A DNA stretch of 64,000 nucleotides from positions 56,234,001-56,298,000 of the forward strand of contig NC_043006.1 in the NCBI RefSeq assembly GCF_006345805.1, written 5' to 3'. Source of the stretch: Octopus sinensis (Eukaryota). Of this stretch, positions 55,867 to 64,000 are shown one piece after another. A model generated the notes under the pieces. The model made no database searches and was not told the origin of the DNA. It worked only from the letters and a program-made list of their open reading frames with translations. The position numbers and the translations under genes are program-made. The first letter of the stretch is position 1. Every line of letters starts with the position of its first letter.

Positions 55867-56088
55867 CATACATATATGTGTGTGTGTGTGTGTTTGTGTG
55901 TGTCTGCTTTTGTCCCACCGCCATCGCGTGACAACCTATGCTGGTGTGTTTTTGTTCGCGTAACTTAGCAGTTCGACAAATGAGCCCGATAGAATGAGGA
56001 CTAGGCTTGCAAAGAATAAGACATGGGGTCGATTTCTTCGACTAACACTCTTTAAGTCGATGTTCCAGTATGGCTGCAGTCGAATTAC
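55190..56088 (+). mobile_element. CORE-like SINE split by insertions in its internal (TA)n
   Basis: 5' half 55190-55340, 3' half 55880-56088; AT-rich insert 55423-55797 with a 62-bp tandem repeat and an inverted copy. Confidence 0.8.
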
Positions 56089-56114
56089 TTGTGGGTTCGA
56101 GGTCGAACCCACAA

Positions 56115-56260
56115 GAGTAAACAAGCGTTGGCACAATCTCTGAACAGTTCTGATGTCAACAAAACCATTAGCAAAAGCCCGCTTGATATTCCGTAGACCT
56201 GCGGCGGAGTGACCCAGTTTGTACTCTTACGAGAAACTCACTCACCATAGTTTCATAGTT
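56115..56260 (-). pseudogene. Mariner transposase N-terminal fragment
   Basis: Minus strand GHSAA..RNIKRAFANGFVDIRTVQRLCQR resembles the mariner HTH region. Confidence 0.5.
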
Positions 56261-57148
56261 TGGCTGTATCATTTTCATAATGTCTGCGGGTACGAATTTT
56301 GTATACCAATATTGTTGAAAAAAAAAAGAGTCAAGATTAAATGCATGGTAGACATAATTGAGTTTTTAAATGACTGAAATAAGAAGTAATTAAAAATGCG
56401 ACATTTCACGTGAAACAACCTAATATTTTTCAATGCTATTATACGACAATATATGTTTTGGGTTGTAGGAAAGATTTCTAGAATGCAAACTCAGTGTACA
56501 GATATATATTACTATATTTCTATAGTTACATTAGTATTGTCATGATTGTGTAGTGTTTCTGTCAATTTTGTTGAGGTTGAATATCTTAGAACTTATATTT
56601 CCTAAACACATATATCTTACCTTCACGGAGTTTCTATTAAAACGTTTGCGGTATCTATGAGAAACGTGAACAAACGTACTTAGCATAATTAGCATCATCT
56701 TATTATATTAATGGGCGTACTTCTCAGTTTTCAATTAAATCATTTTATTTTTCTGTTGCTTTCCTTAGTTAATCTTATTAGATTAGTGCTATATTCTTTA
56801 TCATGACATTGAATGCTCTATGGCATTAAGGAGTGAAAATACTTCTACTGATATTTACTAATGATGCATTTAATGAAAGCAGACGGATAATTAAAGGTTT
56901 CGTTAATGTACTTATATTCTTCATTCGTCTTATTGTATGAGACTTACTTATCATGGTTTGAGCTTAATATTAAGTCTCGGAATTTTACTGTTTTCAGGAT
57001 AACGTTTATCGCAATACTTAGATTAAATTGTCTGTATATACTAATTAATAATCTACCATGTTTTTGTACGCAAAATATACCTGTTCATTTATGCGTGTGT
57101 GTGTGTGTGTATGTATATACATGCATTTATATGCATGTGTATGTATAT

Positions 57149-57180
<32 letters not shown>

Positions 57181-57452
57181 CGTGTGTGTATAAGTAAATA
57201 AGTTTTACCATTCATTTGGAGTAATTCTCCATTCGAGAGAAACGAAAATTAGCAGTTAAAATGTTCAGAAGAAGCCCTTGTTTATTTATTACATCGTAAC
57301 GCACGTTGAAGTGCAATATGTACACTGACAAGTGGCTGAAACGTCATGTAGGCAAAAGAAAAACTTAATATGACTGCAGAATGATTGAGGAGTAAATATT
57401 ATATATGTACTCTGTTTTCTTCAAACTATTAGTTATGTATGCGTGTATATGT

Positions 57453-57504
<52 letters not shown>

Positions 57505-58472
57505 ATATATATATATATATAGTTGAAATTTACAGAAAAACAGAAGACGAAGACAGGTGCGTGAACAACAAACAGGTGTACTAGTTTGACGCTCTGGAAA
57601 GTGCGAAATATATATTTGCGTTTGTATATAATCATGCATATAATCGTACATATAATTATACACACACGTGTGTATACATATAAACATACCCACAAAACGC
57701 GCACATATGGATACACACATATGTCCACAGTTCCTTTAAAATTAAGGTAGTGGCCAATTGAAGTTTCTCTTTTCGGTTCTTCCTCTAGTTCTGTGAGAAG
57801 AAATTTTGGTTAAGAGGAATAGCTTTATAATTGCAATTAATTTCGAATTATTTCAACTCTCCATCTCAACTATACCACTCTGTACTTAGATCTGTGCATT
57901 TTGTCCGACACACTAACGGTTCTGCCACCTTACTGCATTTCTGTATGTATGAATGTATATATGGATGTAGACTAGTTCTTCTCTTCGAGTTTATGTTGTC
58001 CATGTACAGAGTGTGGGATTACATTTGTGCATATCTTTTCCTCACTATAAAAATTATCATGCACAGTATAACTTGAAAATGTAAGACCTCTCACAAAAAT
58101 GGGAATGGCTGGTCGTAGCCTTAAAAGATAATCATTCACACGCAAAGTAGAAATTGTACTGACGTAAATGGCAATAAGGAACGAGTTCGCAAAAGAGCTC
58201 CAACGTCATTCACACTAGCCAACTGTGTGGAAAAGAATGTAGATCTTTAGCTGGACTGAAGAGTCATCATCACATGTGTGGGACTGTCGATCAGGAGATA
58301 GCAATACTCGAACAATAGGTTGCAGATATCATGTATGTATGTTCGTATGTATGTATGTTCGTATGTATGTATGTAAGTATGTATGTATGTATGTATGTAT
58401 GTATGTATGTATGTACGTATTTATGTATGTTTTTATTGCATGCATGTATGTGTGTGTATATATTGTTCCAAA

Positions 58473-58696
58473 CATTTGACTGCGATCATCCTGGAGTACC
58501 GCTTTAAAGGGATACTTTAGTCCCTAGGATTTATTCTTTGAAGGCATAGTACTTATTCTATCGGTCTCTTTAGCCGAACTACTAAGTTACGGGACATAAA
58601 CACACCAGCATCGCTTGATAAGCGATGGCGAGGGGATAACATAAATACATACACACACCTATGCACATCTAGTTATCTATCTATCTATATATCTAT

Positions 58697-58733
<37 letters not shown>

Positions 58734-59139
58734 TTCAGCAAACAATTTAGATTCAAATGAATATGGTACTTAATCTAGATGCACCAGAATTTTTTATGGT
58801 ATTACCCATAAAAATATGCGGTGTGATTATAACCAAAAATAAGCAACAAGAATGGATCCGGTAATTTAGTACAATTGTTTCATACTATAACATTTTATTA
58901 AAAGTTGTAAATATTACAGCAGATATAATATATCGAGTAATCTTCAGCTAATTTTATATAGGTTTTCCAATAATATAAAGTTCTCAAATCAATTAGTAAT
59001 ATCTTAGGGAAGGTAAATATACAGATAAAGATGTAGATATGAATTTCAGGAACATGAGGTAGTATTGTTAGGATGCCAACCAGACCAAAATGTTATAGTA
59101 TGAAACAATTGTACTAAATTACCGGATCCATTCTTGTTG

Positions 59140-59173
<34 letters not shown>

Positions 59174-59770
59174 TTAATGTAATGAGAAGCCAATTTACAC
59201 AGAATATTAACTACGTTTAATAGAAAAAAAAGGATGAGGACTAGGCTTGCAAAGAATAAAACATGGGGTCGATTTCTTCGACTAACACTCTTTAAGTCGA
59301 TGTTCCAGTATGGCTGCAGTCAAATGACTTGTGGGTTCGACATACTTGTGTATGTAAATTCAATCTTGAAAATACCTCAAATGTAAAATTCTCCAACGTA
59401 TATTCTTTCCTGAAGATGAAGGCGGTGTTATTCTATAATGGATCCCAGTAACTATCATTATTCCAGACCACTAAGCCCTCAGAAACATCTTTTGGACTCG
59501 TAAAAATCTTCTCATCTAACTCCTGATATTATTTATATTCTTATACGCAACACATGTACACTTCGAAGTGTATTCTATATAGAGAACACCTGTCTCTAAC
59601 CTATATATATATATATATAAAATACGACGATGGGCTTCTTTCTGTTTCAGTTTGACAAATCCACTTACTAAGTTCTGGTCGGTCCGAAGCTATAGTAAAA
59701 GACACTGGCCCAAGTTGCCAGGCAGTGGGACTGAACTCGAAACCATGAAGTTGAGAAGCAAGCATGTTAC
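58473..59770 (-). mobile_element. CORE-like SINE split by two insertions in its internal (TA)n
   Basis: Halves 58473-58660 and 59625-59770; insert 58731-59142 has ~55-bp inverted repeats (58843-58896 / 59087-59142); second insert 59171-59602. Confidence 0.75.
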
Positions 59771-60637
59771 CATGTATGTATGCATGTATGTATGTATGTA
59801 TGTATGTATGTATGTATGTATGTATTCATGCATGCATGTATATTTCGTATGTAGCTTTTGTATTCATGTATGTTTAATTCATTTAGATTTATTACGCTCT
59901 AAGCCTGTCTCTTGTTAGAACTTTCATTCATTACTACTGACACAATACTGGAAGCTAATAAAGATAAGACGCATAGTCACAAAACTCGGGCAGTAACACG
60001 AAAAAATAATATACTAAATCAATAACAGAAAAATTAGAAAATAAATTAGAATATAGGGTCGGAAAAGAAAATATGGTAGATAAGAAAAAAAAGCGTCATA
60101 GGAAACATAGTTTATGTTTTGACATTAACAGAATATTAGAAAACACACACGCTTCTATCCATGTATTTTATTGATAATATGACTGTGTTCTAATCTTTTT
60201 AATATAGTTTTTTTTTCCTTTTATTCTTTGCTTTAAACGCCCTCAGTCATATATTTTGTTTGTGGCGGTTTTGTTTGTGTTATTTTGTATGCGCAGGTTA
60301 TTTGTACTTTTATTATAGTGTAATATTGGGAGTTGCTTTCCCTTTTTGTAGCCTGTTTCCGTGGGAATTATGGACTTATGTATATATATATATATATTTA
60401 TATATATATTGTGAGTAATATGATTTAAAATGACGTTAGATAATAGGTACATACAATTATTTCTCTGGAGTCTACCTGTTTACATCGCAGCTATTAAGGA
60501 TTTCCCGCAATCAAAGGTTTCGTTAACGCCCTGCTATATACACTAGTTTATTTGGCTTTTGTATTAGTACAAAAAGAAAGGAATAAAATGGCTTGATACC
60601 TGTCTGCCAGCTTATGCTTTTATTATATATAAGTGCG

Positions 60638-60755
60638 GGCGTAGCTGTGTAGCAAGAAACCTGTTTCCGAATCACACTGTTTCGGGTTTAGCCCCACTGC
60701 GTGGGACCTTGGGAAAGCCTTGTGGGTGGATTTGGTAGAGAGAAACCAGTCGTGT
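60638..60755 (+). mobile_element. CORE-like SINE 5' part
   Basis: GGCGTAGCTGTGTAGCAAG...CCCACTGCGTGGGACCTTGGG. Confidence 0.7.
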
Positions 60756-60796
60756 GTATATATATATATATATACACACATACACACACACACGCG

Positions 60797-60889
<93 letters not shown>

Positions 60890-61767
60890 ATCCTATCTTC
60901 TATTCTCTCTTCTAGGTTGTGTTTGGAAGAAAACTATTGCATAATGAGATGAATGGAAATTTCGTTAATACTAGGGATGAGAAAGTTTACTCGTGTAAAC
61001 ACATGACCAAATTCCTATTTATCAATCTTAAATATTTCTTCACTCTTCCTTGCTTAGATTAGATTTTGGTGTTTTTAAAAAAATTTTCTATATATTATCT
61101 TTTTTAGGGCATACGATTATTCATCACATCCACTTTACATCATTATGTCTTACACAATCTTGGTATTTTTATATAACATTTTCTTCTAATAATTGCATCA
61201 CTCACCATATATAGGGCTAACACTTTATCTATCTCTCCCTACACCTCCTTTTCTCTCAATATGTCTGTTTTCTTTTTAAAAATTATATCTTTGGTACATA
61301 ATATACCAATATTTTTTGTATTTTATTTTATTAGCACAATGTGTCCATTTAAATCCCATCAACACACCCATTCTAACTATTAATGGTTTATGTTACTTGT
61401 CTCTATACCTGATAATTAAATATATTTTACTGCTGATATATGCAAACATATATGTACACATAGTACTTCTTGGTGTCCTACATGTATACAACTATGTGTG
61501 CATATCTAGGTATGGATCTTATATGTCATCCGTGTGTGTATATCTATTATTTTCTATCTATTTACTATATGTTGCCACTGACATGTATCTTTTAATATGA
61601 ACGTGTTTATCTGCGTATGTACGCATGTTTCGCATACACACATATATATACTATTTTTAAATGTGTGTGTATTTATATCTATATGTGTGTGCTTTTCTCT
61701 CTTTGCACCGGTATGAATATATGTATATATATATAATATATATATAATATATATATATAATATATAT

Positions 61768-61838
<71 letters not shown>

Positions 61839-62732
61839 CATATATATATATATTTATTATATTTATATTTATATTAATATTTATATTTATATATATGTAT
61901 GTATATATTTGTACGGTGCGTCTTCTTTTATGTATACCCTAATAAAAAACACAACTAGAATTACTATATATATATGTATACTAATGTGCAATTATGCCTC
62001 TACTCACGTATGAGTAGATATACAAATACTTTTTTCTTATAACAATATTTTTTCTTTGACATTATCTACAATTTTTTTGTATATTTATGTGCACCCCGAC
62101 ACTCGTACCTTTTCTTGTATTCTTAATACACAATACTCTTCTATTACTTGAATATTATAACTACCCTAATGCCATTAAATATCCCTCTCGCATTATACCA
62201 AGCTAGTTCCTTGCCTCATCATTTTTTATTTATACTAAAATATAGTTACTGTATAACTTACATATAAATACATATAAAATAATTCCTTTATCTTCTATTT
62301 CATTCCCAGCTCATTTACTTCCCCTACATTCTTTTATGTTTCCGTATTCCAACATCCATTAGATATTTCAACTTCACTGTTTTCATCTTTATAGCCACAG
62401 CAAGTATTTACTATCTAAATTGTAATATTAACAACTATTTTTTTCTGTTTTTAGTTATTTTCTACCTTATATTTAATACATGCTAACGAATATTCGTTCT
62501 TATGTAAACATAAGCCCATCTTACGCATCTTATTCTCTCTTTAACCCTTTTTGTCTCTCTAACACTTGTTTAATTTAACTATATAGAAGCTCTTTATACA
62601 CTATCTCGTCTAGATTAACTTCATTCTCATGCATTAATTTTTTGAAGTGTACACCACACTAAGTAATGTTTTTAACTGTCAGGTCATATCTTAATTGGAC
62701 ATTTCTATACAATTGGTCATTTAAAAAAACTC

Positions 62733-63188
62733 TTGACAAATGCCAAACTTCACACACCACATCCACCCCCAGCAGTTAAAAAATGTGCACGCATAAACTG
62801 TGGCACCTGCCCCTTCCTACTTGAAGGTTCTGAATTTATCTTCAAACAAGAAACGAAGTTTAAAATCAAGACCAACTTCTCCTGTTCCTCCGATAACCTT
62901 ATCTACGTTCTCACATGCACCGGTTGCCAACATAACTATGTTGGACAAACGAGCCTCCCTTTACGTAAAAGAGTAGCGGTCCATAAAGAACAAATAAATC
63001 TCCCGGAATACCGGCAAATTCCACTGAGTGGCCACATAGACTCATGCGCTAAAGACAAAAATCCCAAATTTTACATATTCCCCTTCTACCAATGTAAAGA
63101 CGGAATCACCATACAGGAGAGAATTAACAAGGAGAATCTTTTTATTGAAAAATTCAAAACGCATCTTAATATGCAAACTCCTCGTTGA
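62733..63188 (+). CDS. PLE GIY-YIG endonuclease domain, uninterrupted 151-aa C-terminal fragment of a 5'-truncated element (probably non-functional)
   Basis: KKCARINCGTCP Cys linker, NLIYVLTCTGCQHNYVGQT...LRKRVAVH, SGHI, R..KE..FI..F...LN; no ATG start and no upstream RT. Confidence 0.8.
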   Translation: MTNAKLHTPHPPPAVKKCARINCGTCPFLLEGSEFIFKQETKFKIKTNFSCSSDNLIYVLTCTGCQHNYVGQTSLPLRKRVAVHKEQINLPEYRQIPLSGHIDSCAKDKNPKFYIFPFYQCKDGITIQERINKENLFIEKFKTHLNMQTPR

Positions 63189-64000
63189 TCATACTTCTTT
63201 TTTCTACCCCATTCTTCATGGATGGACTAATACAAATATATAAGGATACCATTCAGTCATCACTTCAAGCTAAAACTTCTATTCTTTATTTATCATTATT
63301 ATTATGTTATTATTATTATTATTTTTGTTTTTATTATATATGACATAACAATCTGAAATGTAATTGTAAATTGGCTTATGTAAATTTATATAATTAGAAA
63401 ACAATATAAATAAAGTGTTAAAATCTGAATGTTAAGTTAGCAAACAATTATATAAAAAAATAAAAAAAGATAATGCAAATGAAGCTAAAATGATAATGTT
63501 ATAATTTAAGGTTTATTAACACCCTTTATTACAAAAAATTGATAAACCCAAATTGAAGAGCTTAAAACCCACAGAGATGTCTCCCCTTACTCACAGGAAC
63601 TGAACAACTACTTCTTGCTTTGACATTCACTTAACAGACATCCTTAATTAAATTAAACAGCACATGGATTTAATCACATGGATCTCAATCCTCCAAAATA
63701 ATTTTTTCAAGAACTATCATTAAACTCGAGATACACAAAGACTTTACAATGTATCGGTGGAACTATTTTTTAATTTTTATATATGTTTATTATTATTTTT
63801 TTGCAATAAACAATGTAATTTTCTTTTTTCCCCCTCCTCAAACATAAAAAATGTTTTTCTTTTCACCTTGAAGTGCGTAGTGCAAAAAAGAAAAATGAAA
63901 AATGGCAAAAATTGGTACTGACAGAGGAGAAGGGGGTTTAAAAATTCTTAAATATTGATTTTAATCTTTTTTTTTTACTGAAATGACGTCTATTGTTTTC

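Noticed and set aside
57290-57350. TACAT...GAAACGTC-ATGTA hammerhead-like 3' half
   Set aside because: The CUGANGA core is not properly placed and stem II is ambiguous

Overview
AT-rich eukaryotic DNA dominated by microsatellites and repeats. The SINE repertoire points to an octopus/cephalopod genome (inference). No host protein-coding gene can be called with confidence, and almost all ORFs in the supplied track are microsatellite or repeat read-throughs. Identifiable content: several Tc1/mariner copies, one near full-length at 32825-34115; R4/Dong-type non-LTR retrotransposon pieces in (TAA)n; many tRNA-derived SINEs; a 1.9-kb foldback-like DNA element with ~620-bp modular inverted arms and an 8-bp TSD; and Penelope-like (PLE) GIY-YIG endonuclease remnants. 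The most notable signal is a set of at least 4-6 mutually unrelated short non-coding elements, mostly sitting inside (TA)n tracts. They share an 'inverted 3' end + 5'-truncated sense copy' layout, and several carry minimal type I hammerhead ribozymes with family-specific palindromic stem III. One family has a non-canonical CCGAUGA core and is physically joined to a GIY-YIG ORF. All calls were read by eye, so element edges are approximate unless a TIR or TSD is quoted.
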